Source: an uncultured Arcobacter sp. (GTDB taxonomy: Bacteria; Campylobacterota; Campylobacteria; Campylobacterales; Arcobacteraceae). From it: a stretch of 64,000 nucleotides of DNA. The stretch covers positions 1,632,001 through 1,696,000 of the forward strand of contig OZ223300.1 of NCBI GenBank assembly GCA_965140705.1. Direction: 5' to 3'. The first letter of the stretch is position 1. Each line of letters begins with the position of its first letter. Positions 31,158-41,423 of this stretch are shown in pieces. The notes beneath the pieces are model-generated. The model ran no database searches and was not told where the DNA came from. It worked only from the letters and a program-made list of their open reading frames with translations. The position numbers and the translations under genes were made by a program.

Positions 31158-32366
31158 CTATTTATCCAAATCATATGCATCATGTAAGGCACGAACAGCT
31201 AATTCTGCATATTTTTCTTCAACTATCACTGAAATTTTTATCTCACTAGTTGAGATTATTCTTATATTAATATTTTCATTAGCCAGTGCTGTAAAGGCTT
31301 TAGAAGCAACTCCAGTATGAGATTTCATACCAACACCCACTATTGAAACTTTACAAATCTTTTCATTGTAATCAAATTTTTCAACTTCATCTTCAAATTT
31401 ATGCATAATAGTTTTACAAATCTCTAAATCAGTTGTAGGAATTGTAAAATCTAAAGATGTTTTGCCATCTACTGCAACTGTTTGAACTATCATATCAACA
31501 TTAATATTTGCATCTGCAAGTGCTGTAAAGATATAAGATGCTATTCCTGGTCTATCTGTAACTCCATACATACCAACTCTTACTTGATTTTTATCCAAAG
31601 CAATACCACTTACTATTGGCTGTTCCATTATATTTTCTTCCTTTGTTATTAAAGTACCTTCTACTTCTGGAGTAAAGCTACTTCTTGATATTAAATTTAC
31701 ATTTAGTTTTTTTGCCATTTCTACAGATCTATTTTGTAAAACTTTTGCACCTAAACTTGCTAACTCCAACATCTCATCATATGAAATTTTATCAAGTTTT
31801 TTGGCCTTTGGCTCTATTCTAGGGTCCGTTGTATATATACCATCAACATCTGTATAAATTTCACAAACATCTGCTTGTATTGCACCTGCAATTGCAACAG
31901 CTGTTAAATCTGAACCACCTCGTCCAAGTGTAGTTACTCTACCTTTTTCTGTAACACCTTGAAAACCAGCAACTACTACAACTTTACCTTCAGATATTGC
32001 TTCTTTCATATTTTTTGTATCTATATATTCAATTCTAGCTTTTGTATGTCTTTCATCTGTTACAATACCAGCTCTACCACCACTCATAGAAATAGCATCA
32101 TAACCAGCTTCATTTAGAGCAATAGATAATAAAGCTGATGTAACTCTCTCACCTGAACTTAATAACATATCCATTTCAGAAGGAGCAGGCATTTTTGAAT
32201 AACTTTCAGCATATTCAATCAATTTATTAGTTTCACCACTCATTGCAGAAACTACTGCAATAACATCATGTCCTTCATCTTTAATCTTTTTAATAATTGT
32301 AGCAACGTTTTGAATTCGTTCTAATGTACCAACACTAGTACCACCAAATTTTAATACTTTTAACAT
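31158..32366 (-). CDS. lysC: aspartate kinase
   Basis: KFGGTSV, VVSAMSG, TTLGRGGSD, two ACT domains. Confidence 0.97.
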   Translation of the reverse strand: MLKVLKFGGTSVGTLERIQNVATIIKKIKDEGHDVIAVVSAMSGETNKLIEYAESYSKMPAPSEMDMLLSSGERVTSALLSIALNEAGYDAISMSGGRAGIVTDERHTKARIEYIDTKNMKEAISEGKVVVVAGFQGVTEKGRVTTLGRGGSDLTAVAIAGAIQADVCEIYTDVDGIYTTDPRIEPKAKKLDKISYDEMLELASLGAKVLQNRSVEMAKKLNVNLISRSSFTPEVEGTLITKEENIMEQPIVSGIALDKNQVRVGMYGVTDRPGIASYIFTALADANINVDMIVQTVAVDGKTSLDFTIPTTDLEICKTIMHKFEDEVEKFDYNEKICKVSIVGVGMKSHTGVASKAFTALANENINIRIISTSEIKISVIVEEKYAELAVRALHDAYDLDK

Positions 32367-32383
32367 CTACTTCATAATCCTTT

Positions 32384-32887
32384 TTAAATATAACCTTCAT
32401 TTTTAAAATACTTCAATACTTGTTTATAAACTGTTCTTTTAAAAAAAGTTATATAATCATAAATATTTTTAGTTGGAACAAATTTATATTCACTAAACTC
32501 AGGTGTATGATGGGTATAAATATCTATTTTCGCACCATCATTTAATTTCACTAAATAATACTTTTGTATTTGCCCATCATATGGTTTCATTTTTTCGGCA
32601 ATTGCTGGGGGAAAGTCATAACTTACCCACTCAGGATACTCTGCAATGATTTTAATATCATTAGTACCAATTTCCTCTTCTAATTCTCTAAATAAAGCTT
32701 CTTTTGCTGTCTCACCATCGTCAATTCCCCCTTGAGGAAATTGCCATGCATTTTCAACATCAGTTCTTGAAGCTATGAAAAGTTCACATTTTTGAGGATA
32801 CTTTGCTGATAAAACAATTGCTGCTACATTAGGTCTATAATTTTTACCACTTACATTTGTAGGTATATTCTCACTTTTATCAATCAT
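32384..32887 (-). CDS. rppH: RNA pyrophosphohydrolase
   Basis: YRPNVA and WQFPQGGIDDGE....LFRELEEEIG Nudix box. Confidence 0.93.
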   Translation of the reverse strand: MIDKSENIPTNVSGKNYRPNVAAIVLSAKYPQKCELFIASRTDVENAWQFPQGGIDDGETAKEALFRELEEEIGTNDIKIIAEYPEWVSYDFPPAIAEKMKPYDGQIQKYYLVKLNDGAKIDIYTHHTPEFSEYKFVPTKNIYDYITFFKRTVYKQVLKYFKNEGYI

Positions 32888-32942
32888 AAATATCTTTTCC
32901 CTTATAATAAGGGAAATATTATAATAAACTTAGGATTAAAAA

Positions 32943-34004
32943 TTGCTTTTATACATACATATTCCATTTTGTGATAGTAAATGCTTTTATTGCGCATTTA
33001 ACTCATATGTAGATAGATTTCACTTGAAACAAACTTATATGAAAGCTATTGAGAAACAACTAATTTACGACATTGAACACTATTTAAAAGATGAAAAAAT
33101 AGAAACGGTATTTATAGGTGGAGGGACTCCTAGTTGTGTAGATTTCAAAGAGTATGAAAATATTTTTAAAATCATATCACCATATTTAATTGAAAACTGT
33201 GAAATAACAAGTGAAGCTAACCCTAACTCTGCAACAAAAGAATGGCTTCAAGGTATGAAAAATTTGGGTGTTAATAGAATCAGTTTTGGAGTACAAAGTT
33301 TTAATGATAAAAAACTAAAATACTTAAATCGAGCGCATAATAGTAATAGTGCTATAAGTGCTATACAAAATGCAAAATGTATAGGTTTTAATAGTATTAA
33401 CTGTGATATTATTTACGGAGTTCAAGGTGATAGCTTCGAAAAATTAAAATACGATTTTGATATGATAAATAACCAAAATATTGATCATATTAGTGCCTAT
33501 TCTTTGACTTTAGAAGAGGGAACAAAGTTCTTTAATAAATCACATGTAAAAATAGATGATGAAGAGCTATCTTATAAACTATTTGAATATTTAAAAAGCC
33601 TAGGATATCAGCAATATGAGATTTCAAACTTCTCGAAGTCCAAAGAAACTCAGTCTAAACACAATTTTGGCTATTGGGAATATACAAACTACTTAGGTAT
33701 TGGAACAGGTGCAGTAGGCTTTATAGACAATTTTAGATATTACCCTGATAAAAATATTGAAAAATACATAGAAAACCCTCTATCTTATGAAAAAGAGTAT
33801 ATGGATGAGATAGATATCAAAACAGAAAAGGTATTATTAGGGCTTAGATCTAAAGTAGGGGTAAACTTAACTATTTTTAATGAAAATGAATTAAAAAAAG
33901 TAGAAATATTAATCGAAGAAAAAAAACTATACAAAATAGATAATAAAATTTACAATTACAATTTTTTACTCTCAGATGAGATATCTTTATTTATACTCGA
34001 TTAG
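32943..34004 (+). CDS. hemW: radical SAM heme chaperone HemW (HemN-like)
   Basis: LYIHIPFCDSKCFYC, GGGTP, YEISNF, HNFGYW. Confidence 0.9.
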   Translation: MLLYIHIPFCDSKCFYCAFNSYVDRFHLKQTYMKAIEKQLIYDIEHYLKDEKIETVFIGGGTPSCVDFKEYENIFKIISPYLIENCEITSEANPNSATKEWLQGMKNLGVNRISFGVQSFNDKKLKYLNRAHNSNSAISAIQNAKCIGFNSINCDIIYGVQGDSFEKLKYDFDMINNQNIDHISAYSLTLEEGTKFFNKSHVKIDDEELSYKLFEYLKSLGYQQYEISNFSKSKETQSKHNFGYWEYTNYLGIGTGAVGFIDNFRYYPDKNIEKYIENPLSYEKEYMDEIDIKTEKVLLGLRSKVGVNLTIFNENELKKVEILIEEKKLYKIDNKIYNYNFLLSDEISLFILD

Positions 34005-34063
34005 CTTCTATTAAAGAATAATTTATACTCTATATGTATAATACGCTTTTCAAAGGAGTTTAA

Positions 34064-34888
34064 TTGACAATAAAAGAGACCATTAAAAAATATTCACAAA
34101 AGCTAAAAGAAATAACACATATCCCATCAAAAGAAGTAGAAATACTAATTATGTTTCTTCTTGAAAAAAATGTTATTTGGATGCATTTAAATGGTAATAT
34201 GGAGTTCAAAAAAGAGGAAGAGCTGAAGGCTTTAGTAAAAAAAAGAGCTACTCATTTTCCTTTAGAATATCTTACAAATAGGGTTTCATTTTATGGTGAA
34301 ACATTTATTATAAAACAGAATGTTTTAATACCTAGACCAGAGACTGAAATATTAGTTGAAAAAGCATTTGAAAAACTAAAACAAATTGAAAAACCAAAAG
34401 TAGTAGAAATTGGAACTGGAAGTGGAATAATTTCAGTAATGCTTTCTAAACTACTTCCAGAACTAAAAGTTACGGCTGTTGATATAAATGATGATGCCTT
34501 AAATCTGGCAAAAGAAAACGCAAAAAAACACTCTGTAGAAAATCAAATTTCTTTTATAAAATCTGATTTATTAAAAGAAGTTATTGGTCATTTTGACATG
34601 TGTATTTCAAATCCTCCTTATATTTCAAATAATTATGTTTTACCACATAATGTTAAATATGAGCCTAAAAATGCCCTTTTTGGAGGAGAAATTGGAGATG
34701 AACTTTTAAAAGACTTGATAAAAGAAGTTACGGAGAAAAATATAAAATATCTATATTGTGAATATGGATATGATCAAAGAGAATCTATAAAAAATTATAT
34801 GGAAAAATTTAATGTAAAATCACTAGAGTTTTATAAAGATTATTCTGATTTTGATAGAGGTTTTTTGATTGAATTTAATACTAAATAA
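34064..34888 (+). CDS. prmC: release factor glutamine methyltransferase
   Basis: LIPRPETE, EIGTGSG, SNPPY. Confidence 0.94.
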   Translation: MTIKETIKKYSQKLKEITHIPSKEVEILIMFLLEKNVIWMHLNGNMEFKKEEELKALVKKRATHFPLEYLTNRVSFYGETFIIKQNVLIPRPETEILVEKAFEKLKQIEKPKVVEIGTGSGIISVMLSKLLPELKVTAVDINDDALNLAKENAKKHSVENQISFIKSDLLKEVIGHFDMCISNPPYISNNYVLPHNVKYEPKNALFGGEIGDELLKDLIKEVTEKNIKYLYCEYGYDQRESIKNYMEKFNVKSLEFYKDYSDFDRGFLIEFNTK

Positions 34889-34898
34889 AAGGAATAAT

Positions 34899-36866
34899 AT
34901 GTTTGAAGAATTTAATGTAAATAATTTAGAAAAAAAGAGAGAGTTATTAGAGATAAAATTAAAAGAGTCAAAAGAGCAGATAGAGAAGCTTTTAGAACTT
35001 GAAAATAAAACTTACGATAATTTTGTAAAACCATATCAAGAAATAGGGGAGAGCATAAATGATTTCCTAACTCCAATATTTCACATTGATTCTGTTAAGA
35101 ACTCAGAAATAACGACAAAAGTGCATGAAGAATGCCTTCCTTTGATTTCTAATTACTCAACTGAGGTAAGTCAAAATGTAAATATTTATAGAGCTTTAAA
35201 AGATATACAATATAATAATAATACCTCTTTAAATAATATACAAAAAAAAGTATTAGAAAATGAAATTAGAGATTTTGAATTATCAGGTTGTCATTTAAAT
35301 AATAATTTAAAAGATAGACTTAAAGAGATAAATTTAAGACAAAGTGAGTTATCACATAAGTTTTCTCAAAATCTATTAAATGCAACAAACTCATATGAAA
35401 TGATAATTGAAGATTATGAAGATGTAAAAGAGATACCAGAATCTGATCTAGAACTTGCAAAATTTGAAGAAGAGGGTAAAATAAAATATAAATTTACTCT
35501 ACAAATGCCTTCTTATATAGCTTATATAACATATGGTACAAATAGAAATAGAAGAGAAGAGATATATAAAGCATACTGCACAAGAGCTCCAGAAAATGGA
35601 AAAATTATTGAAGAGATACTTACATTAAAATATGAAAAGTCAAAAATATTAGGTTTTGATTCATATGCACAGTATTCATTGAGTACAAAAATGGCTAAAA
35701 CAGAAGACGAAGTAATAGATTTCTTGTATGAATTAGCTAAAAAAGGAAAAAATGGTGCTAAAAATGAACTTGAAGAGATAAAAGAGTTTGCCAAAAAAGA
35801 TGGAATAGAAGAATTAAAATCTTTTGATTTATCTTATTATTCAGAAAAATTAAAAAAAGAAAAATATGATTTTGATGAAGAATTATATAGACCATATTTT
35901 GAAAAAGAGTCTGTTTTAAAAGGTTTTTTTGAATTTCTGAACTCAATATTTAATATTGAATTTAAAGTAACAAATACTCCTACTTGGGATGAAAAAGCAA
36001 GTGCTTATGATATCTATGAAAATGGAAAATTGTCATCAAGAATTTACATTGATTTGGAATCAAGAAAAGACAAAAGAGGAGGTGCTTGGATGAACAACTG
36101 GCACTCTTATTATGTAGATAAACATAATAATACTCATTTGCCAACTGCTTATATTGTTTGTAACTTTCCCCAATCAACAAATGATACAAAATCATTGTTA
36201 AGACACTCAGATGTTGTAACACTTTTTCATGAAATGGGGCATGCATTACATCATCTTTTAAGTAAAGTTCCAGAACCATTTGTTAGTGGAATTTCAGGTG
36301 TAGCATGGGATACAGTTGAATTCCCATCACAATTTTTAGAATATTTTTCTTATGATAAAATAGTTCTAAAACAGTTTGCAAAACATTATAAAACAGGTGA
36401 AATATTATCAGATGAAGCAATAGATAAAATCATAAAAGCAAGAAATTTTCAGTCATCATTAAATATGTTAAGACAAGTAGAATTTGCTCTTTTTGATTTC
36501 AAACTTCATCAAAAATTGTATAAAAGTGAAGAGGATGTACAAAAATTATTAAATGAAATTAGAGATGAAATTTCAGTTATAAAACCGCCAGTTTATAATA
36601 AATTTCAAAATGGATTTTCACATATTTTTGGAGGAGGGTATGCTGCTGGATATTACTCTTATAAATGGGCAGAAGTTTTAAGTGCAGATGCTTATTATAT
36701 GTTTATAGAATCAGAAAATACATTTAATAAAGAGTTAGCATTAAAGTATAAAGAATCAATTCTAGAAAAGGGTGGTTCTTCTGATATGAATGAACTTTTT
36801 TATGAATTTGCTCAAAGAGAGCCAAGTGTTGATTCTTTATTAAAAATTGATGGAATTATTAGCTAA
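34899..36866 (+). CDS. prlC: M3-family oligopeptidase A
   Basis: HEMGHALH, KRGGAWM, VEFPSQ, HIFGGGYAAGYYSY; ATG at 34899 after AAGGA preferred over 34869. Confidence 0.92.
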   Translation: MFEEFNVNNLEKKRELLEIKLKESKEQIEKLLELENKTYDNFVKPYQEIGESINDFLTPIFHIDSVKNSEITTKVHEECLPLISNYSTEVSQNVNIYRALKDIQYNNNTSLNNIQKKVLENEIRDFELSGCHLNNNLKDRLKEINLRQSELSHKFSQNLLNATNSYEMIIEDYEDVKEIPESDLELAKFEEEGKIKYKFTLQMPSYIAYITYGTNRNRREEIYKAYCTRAPENGKIIEEILTLKYEKSKILGFDSYAQYSLSTKMAKTEDEVIDFLYELAKKGKNGAKNELEEIKEFAKKDGIEELKSFDLSYYSEKLKKEKYDFDEELYRPYFEKESVLKGFFEFLNSIFNIEFKVTNTPTWDEKASAYDIYENGKLSSRIYIDLESRKDKRGGAWMNNWHSYYVDKHNNTHLPTAYIVCNFPQSTNDTKSLLRHSDVVTLFHEMGHALHHLLSKVPEPFVSGISGVAWDTVEFPSQFLEYFSYDKIVLKQFAKHYKTGEILSDEAIDKIIKARNFQSSLNMLRQVEFALFDFKLHQKLYKSEEDVQKLLNEIRDEISVIKPPVYNKFQNGFSHIFGGGYAAGYYSYKWAEVLSADAYYMFIESENTFNKELALKYKESILEKGGSSDMNELFYEFAQREPSVDSLLKIDGIIS

Positions 36867-36912
36867 TTTTTGGCACAATACCACTTGATATAATATCAAT
36901 GAAGGATAGTTA

Positions 36913-37395
36913 ATGAGTAATAATAGTGATACAATTTCTAAATTGAGCGATGCTCTTTCTAATTTAATAAATGCATATGAAACTTTACAAAAAGAAAAAG
37001 AAGATTTAGAAAAAGAAAAACAAAGACTAGAAAATAAAATCGAGGATTTGGAAGCCTCAAATGGAGATTTAACTAGTAAATTAAATGAAATAAATTCAAC
37101 AAATGAAAAACAAGGAAGTAATATTAATTCAATGTTACATAAGATTGAAAATATACTTAAAGTAGGTGATAGAAAAAAAGATAACGAAAATAACAATAAT
37201 TCAAATAATACTTATGAAAAGTCTTTATCCATTGATGATGAAGAGTTTTCATCTACCCCTACCATTTCAAGTGATGCATTCTCTAGGCAGAAGGCAGAAT
37301 CTGTAAGTGTTGATGATATACAGTTAGAAAAGAAATCCGATGATAAAATTGATTTAAATAGAATGGCTTCTTTATTAAATGGTTTTAATAAATAA
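36913..37395 (+). CDS. coiled-coil hypothetical protein
   Basis: Heptad-rich N-terminus and low-complexity acidic linker; AAGGA RBS. Confidence 0.75.
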   Translation: MSNNSDTISKLSDALSNLINAYETLQKEKEDLEKEKQRLENKIEDLEASNGDLTSKLNEINSTNEKQGSNINSMLHKIENILKVGDRKKDNENNNNSNNTYEKSLSIDDEEFSSTPTISSDAFSRQKAESVSVDDIQLEKKSDDKIDLNRMASLLNGFNK

Positions 37396-37407
37396 TTGTA
37401 AAATAAT

Positions 37408-37683
37408 ATGACATTACTTCTAAATAAAATATCTCTATATTCTACTTTTGGAGTAGATGATTTTGAATCATTAGATAGAGTAATAAATAATATGGCTCCC
37501 TCAATGGTAGAATACTATTTATCTGATTTATCTGATGGTTTTGAAAATGTATATTTAAATAAAAGAAATATACAAAATAGCCTAAATATAGGAGATTTTT
37601 CCATATATTTAGATTATTCTGATGAAGTTTATTTAGAAATTGATGACAATAAAGAAGATTTAGAAACTACAAGCTTATGGTAA
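37408..37683 (+). CDS. small acidic hypothetical protein
   Basis: 91-aa ORF co-oriented with the upstream gene and convergent with xerH. Confidence 0.7.
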   Translation: MTLLLNKISLYSTFGVDDFESLDRVINNMAPSMVEYYLSDLSDGFENVYLNKRNIQNSLNIGDFSIYLDYSDEVYLEIDDNKEDLETTSLW

Positions 37684-37684
37684 A

Positions 37685-38740
37685 TTAATCTATCAAATTT
37701 GTAGTTGCTTTTAATCTATCTTTATCAAAATGGGTATAAATTCTTGAAGTATTTATATCTGAGTGCCCTAATGCTTCTTGGACAAGAATAAGATCATGGT
37801 GTTTTTGGTATAAAAGTGTTGCAAAACTGTGTCTCAACATATGTGCACCATTCTTTTCTTTTCGTATTCCACAACTTATTAATATTTTTTCTACAATTCT
37901 GCTTATATAGGCTTGAGTTAATCTATTACCTTTTTTATTACATACTAAAAAGTCTTCTTCACAAATCCTTTGATTAAGCCAAAAATTCAATTCATTCTCT
38001 ATTATTTTTGATTTTATCATTACAACTCTTGGTTTATTTCCTTTTCCTCTTACTTGTATAATATAAACATCATCTTCTTTATACACATCTTTTAGTTTTA
38101 AATTTAACATTTCAGAAACTCTGATTCCTGTATAAATTATAATTTTTAAAATTAATCTGTTTCTATACATGATATCTTCTGAGAATTCAAAATTATCAAT
38201 AGCTTCTAAAAATCTAGATATTTCATCTTTATTCATATAAGAGGGTAGTTTTGTTCCAGATTTACCCCTTAATCCACCCCAATTTTTTAATTCTATTTTA
38301 AACATATATGAATTACCATCTAAGGTTTCATTTTGTTTATCAATATATGAAAAAAGTGCAAGTAGGGCTATTCTATGGTTCTTTTTTGAAGCATCAGACA
38401 ATCCACTTGTACTAGTAGCTAGAAAATCACTCAAAAGTTCTTCATCTATTTCTTTCATAGATGCTAAACCTAAATTATTCAAAAAGTTATATAATTTTGC
38501 TAAAGGATTATAATAAGTATTTATTCCTGACAAACCAATATTTCTAGCACTTTTAACTAAAGAACTTAATTCATCTAAAGAATTAGTACCTTTAACCAAA
38601 TCTTTAATAATAGTTGCAAGTTTATCTTTATCATTAACATTTGAATTACTAAGGGAAGTTAATTTATTACGAATAAATCTCTCAATCCAAAAGAGAAGTG
38701 TTTTCTCAAAATTATCACAAAAATCTAAATCATATCTCAT
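37685..38740 (-). CDS. xerH: tyrosine recombinase XerH
   Basis: TGIRVSE, RGKGNK, HMLRHSFAT, LGHSDINTSRIYTH; epsilon-type N-terminus; adjacent difH-like site. Confidence 0.9.
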   Translation of the reverse strand: MRYDLDFCDNFEKTLLFWIERFIRNKLTSLSNSNVNDKDKLATIIKDLVKGTNSLDELSSLVKSARNIGLSGINTYYNPLAKLYNFLNNLGLASMKEIDEELLSDFLATSTSGLSDASKKNHRIALLALFSYIDKQNETLDGNSYMFKIELKNWGGLRGKSGTKLPSYMNKDEISRFLEAIDNFEFSEDIMYRNRLILKIIIYTGIRVSEMLNLKLKDVYKEDDVYIIQVRGKGNKPRVVMIKSKIIENELNFWLNQRICEEDFLVCNKKGNRLTQAYISRIVEKILISCGIRKEKNGAHMLRHSFATLLYQKHHDLILVQEALGHSDINTSRIYTHFDKDRLKATTNLID

Positions 38741-38758
38741 AGGAGTCCTTATATATTA

Positions 38759-38786
38759 TAGTTTGAAAATTATAGTTTTCAATACT
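38759..38786. other. difH: difH chromosome dimer resolution site
   Basis: TAGTTTGAAAA-TTATAG-TTTTCAATACT matches the H. pylori difH architecture as I recall it (AGTTTGAAAA-N6-TTTTCATAACT), including the one-base arm asymmetry. Confidence 0.88.
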
Positions 38787-38812
38787 AATTAATATTTTAA
38801 TTATACTCATAA

Positions 38813-39892
38813 TCATCTTTTTAAGTTCTTAGAAAAATCAACTATATATTGAGCTATTTCATCTAAATGTACAATGTCTTTAACAGCACCAACCTCAATT
38901 GCTTTTTTTGGCATTCCAAAAACTACACAGCTTTCTTCATTTTGAGCAATTGTATAAGCACCATTATCAAACATCTCTTTTATTCCTATCATTCCATCAT
39001 CTCCCATTCCTGTCATCATCACAGCCATAGCAGAACTTCCTATAACATTATTAACTGATCTAAACATAATATTTACACTTGGTTTATGATGTGATATTCT
39101 AATTCCATCAATAAGTTTTGTAAAATATTCATTCCCTCTTTTTTCTATACTTAAATGCATATTACCAGGAGCTAAAAAAGCTTTTCCTTTTTCAAGTTTC
39201 ATACCATCAGTAGCTTCAAAAACTTGAAGAGCTGATTCATTATTTAATCTTTGAGCAAAAGATCTTGAGAATCCATAAGGAATATGCTGAGTTATCAAAA
39301 TAGGAGGTAAATCTCTTGGTAAAGACTTAAAAACTCTTAAAAGTGATTCAACTCCACCTGTTGAAGAACCAATAGCAATAACTTTAGGTCCCCCTAATCT
39401 TGCAGGAAAAGAACGTAATAACTCATCAGGATGATTTTTTTTATTTGTATCTTCTTTACTTTTTTTCTTCTTTTGAACAAATTGTGCTTTAGGTTTTTTT
39501 AGTGTATATTGTTTTAATAAGAAAGTAAGATTAAGTAAATTGTCTTTCACTCTTGCTTGAAAGGACATCATTGATTCACCATTAGCAGGTTTTTTTATAT
39601 ATCCAACAGCACCATCATCAAAAATATCATTTCCCCTTGCACCCTCACCTGAGACTACAACAGCTGGCATAGGATGAAGTCTCATTAAATTTCTTAAAAA
39701 AGTAACTCCATCCATCTTTGGCATATTTATATCAATAGTTACCATATCTGGTTCAAATTTTTTAATTTTTTCTCTTGCATCAAAAGCATCAACAGCTTCA
39801 TCAATAACTTCAAATTCATCAATAGAATTTATTATATCTTTTAAAATTCTTCTCATTGATAATGAATCGTCAATTACTATAACTGTATACAT
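38813..39892 (-). CDS. cheB: chemotaxis methylesterase
   Basis: REC domain plus GSSTGG, TQH, HKPSV, TGMGDDG. Confidence 0.96.
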   Translation of the reverse strand: MYTVIVIDDSLSMRRILKDIINSIDEFEVIDEAVDAFDAREKIKKFEPDMVTIDINMPKMDGVTFLRNLMRLHPMPAVVVSGEGARGNDIFDDGAVGYIKKPANGESMMSFQARVKDNLLNLTFLLKQYTLKKPKAQFVQKKKKSKEDTNKKNHPDELLRSFPARLGGPKVIAIGSSTGGVESLLRVFKSLPRDLPPILITQHIPYGFSRSFAQRLNNESALQVFEATDGMKLEKGKAFLAPGNMHLSIEKRGNEYFTKLIDGIRISHHKPSVNIMFRSVNNVIGSSAMAVMMTGMGDDGMIGIKEMFDNGAYTIAQNEESCVVFGMPKKAIEVGAVKDIVHLDEIAQYIVDFSKNLKR

Positions 39893-39904
39893 CTTATAAT
39901 ATCC

Positions 39905-40582
39905 CTAAAATAATTCAATATCCATCTCAGGAGCTGGTTCTGGATCGTTACCAAATAAATCCACACCACCAACATACTCTTTGAGAACTGGTGCTTTTGT
40001 AATTTCCACTTGTAAAGATTTTTCTTCTTGTATAACTTTTGAATCTGTTTCATTTTTATTTGTAACTTTAATAAATGTTTCAAAATTATTAGTCATTAAA
40101 ATTAGCCTAGCATGATCACCTCTTGTATGTTCAGAGAGTATTTTAAATCCCTCTGATCTACAAAAATCTTTAGCAAATTCAACATTTCTATGTCCAATTG
40201 AATTAATACTACTAGCCATAAGTTGCATAATATCAGCACCACCAGAAATTTTTGCTTTTAAATCTTTCTTTTGGCATCCTAGTTTATACATTTCATTTAA
40301 CATAGCCTCAACTGAATAAAGTCCATATTTCATATCTTCATTTGAATTACTTGTAGTTGGAAGTAAAAAATGATTCATTGCTTTTATTTTCTTTGCGGTA
40401 TCATAAAACATAATGGCAACACAAGAGCCAAGTAAAGTTTTAAAAGCAACGTTATCAGCATCAGAGCTAACTGCAAATTCTCCACCAATTACAGTATGAG
40501 CCCTATATCCTTTTATTACTTGAGTAGAGAGGTTATTAGAGATTTTTTCAATGCTTCCATCTTTATGACCTAAAATTATCAA
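39905..40582 (-). CDS. cheD: chemoreceptor glutamine deamidase
   Basis: TLLGSCVA, NHFLLP, AKISGGA, IGHRN. Confidence 0.93.
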   Translation of the reverse strand: MIILGHKDGSIEKISNNLSTQVIKGYRAHTVIGGEFAVSSDADNVAFKTLLGSCVAIMFYDTAKKIKAMNHFLLPTTSNSNEDMKYGLYSVEAMLNEMYKLGCQKKDLKAKISGGADIMQLMASSINSIGHRNVEFAKDFCRSEGFKILSEHTRGDHARLILMTNNFETFIKVTNKNETDSKVIQEEKSLQVEITKAPVLKEYVGGVDLFGNDPEPAPEMDIELF

Positions 40583-41421
40583 GATGCTTCCTTCTCTTTA
40601 ATAAAAATATTTTGCCCTATTCTTCTAACATAAGCTTCAAGCTTACCAGGACTTTCAGAATGTCCAATATACAATGTTCCTCCAATTTTTAGATGCCTAA
40701 ATAACTTAAATAAAATTTTTTCTTGGTCTATTGCAGAAAAATAGATTAATACATTTCTACAAAATATTACATCAAATTGATTCTTAGCAAAAGGATAATT
40801 AGCATCATTTAAATTCATAACTTGAAAAGTAACCATTTTTTGGAGTTCTGGTTTTACTTTTATAAGAATCTCTTCAGATGCCAAATTTTTCTCAACTCTT
40901 CTTTTAAAGTATTTTTGAGGTTTTAACCAACTTGGAAACTCTTTTGAACTTTTTGAAAATCTATATATCCCATTTGCAGCATATTGAAGTACATTTGTAT
41001 CAATATCTGTTGCAATTATTGATGCATTAATTCTTTTTCCTAACTCTTCTTGAGTCTCTAAAATTGTCATTGCCATTGAATATGGTTCTTCACCAGTTGA
41101 TGAAGCTGAACAATATAATTTTATATCTTGATTATGTTTCAACAACTCAGGTAAAACTCTATTTTTCAAATCAGCAAAATGAAATTCTTCCCTAAAAAAA
41201 TGTGTTTTATTAGTTGTAAAAGCATTTATAAATTCTGTTTTATAATTACCCTCTTTAATATCATCCAATAAATCATCTAAAGAGCCCTGAAATGAAGCAT
41301 TCCTCTTTAATTTATGAAGTCTATTAGAAATCATAATATCTTTATTTTCGGTAAGTGTTATACCTGTAAAAGAGTATAACAACTCTTTTACTTTTTCATG
41401 TAAATGTAAAGTATCATCCAT
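40579..41421 (-). CDS. cheR: chemotaxis methyltransferase
   Basis: TTNKTHFFRE, SSTGEEPYS, IFCRNVLIYF, GHSE. Confidence 0.96.
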   Translation of the reverse strand: MDDTLHLHEKVKELLYSFTGITLTENKDIMISNRLHKLKRNASFQGSLDDLLDDIKEGNYKTEFINAFTTNKTHFFREEFHFADLKNRVLPELLKHNQDIKLYCSASSTGEEPYSMAMTILETQEELGKRINASIIATDIDTNVLQYAANGIYRFSKSSKEFPSWLKPQKYFKRRVEKNLASEEILIKVKPELQKMVTFQVMNLNDANYPFAKNQFDVIFCRNVLIYFSAIDQEKILFKLFRHLKIGGTLYIGHSESPGKLEAYVRRIGQNIFIKEKEAS

Positions 41422-41423
41422 TC

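Noticed and set aside
36871..36890. sigma54 promoter (TGGCAC at 36871)
   Set aside because: No GC dinucleotide at the -12 position.
37685..38740. Tyrosine recombinase as a prophage or island integrase
   Set aside because: The adjacent difH-like site, housekeeping context and absence of phage genes point to XerH.
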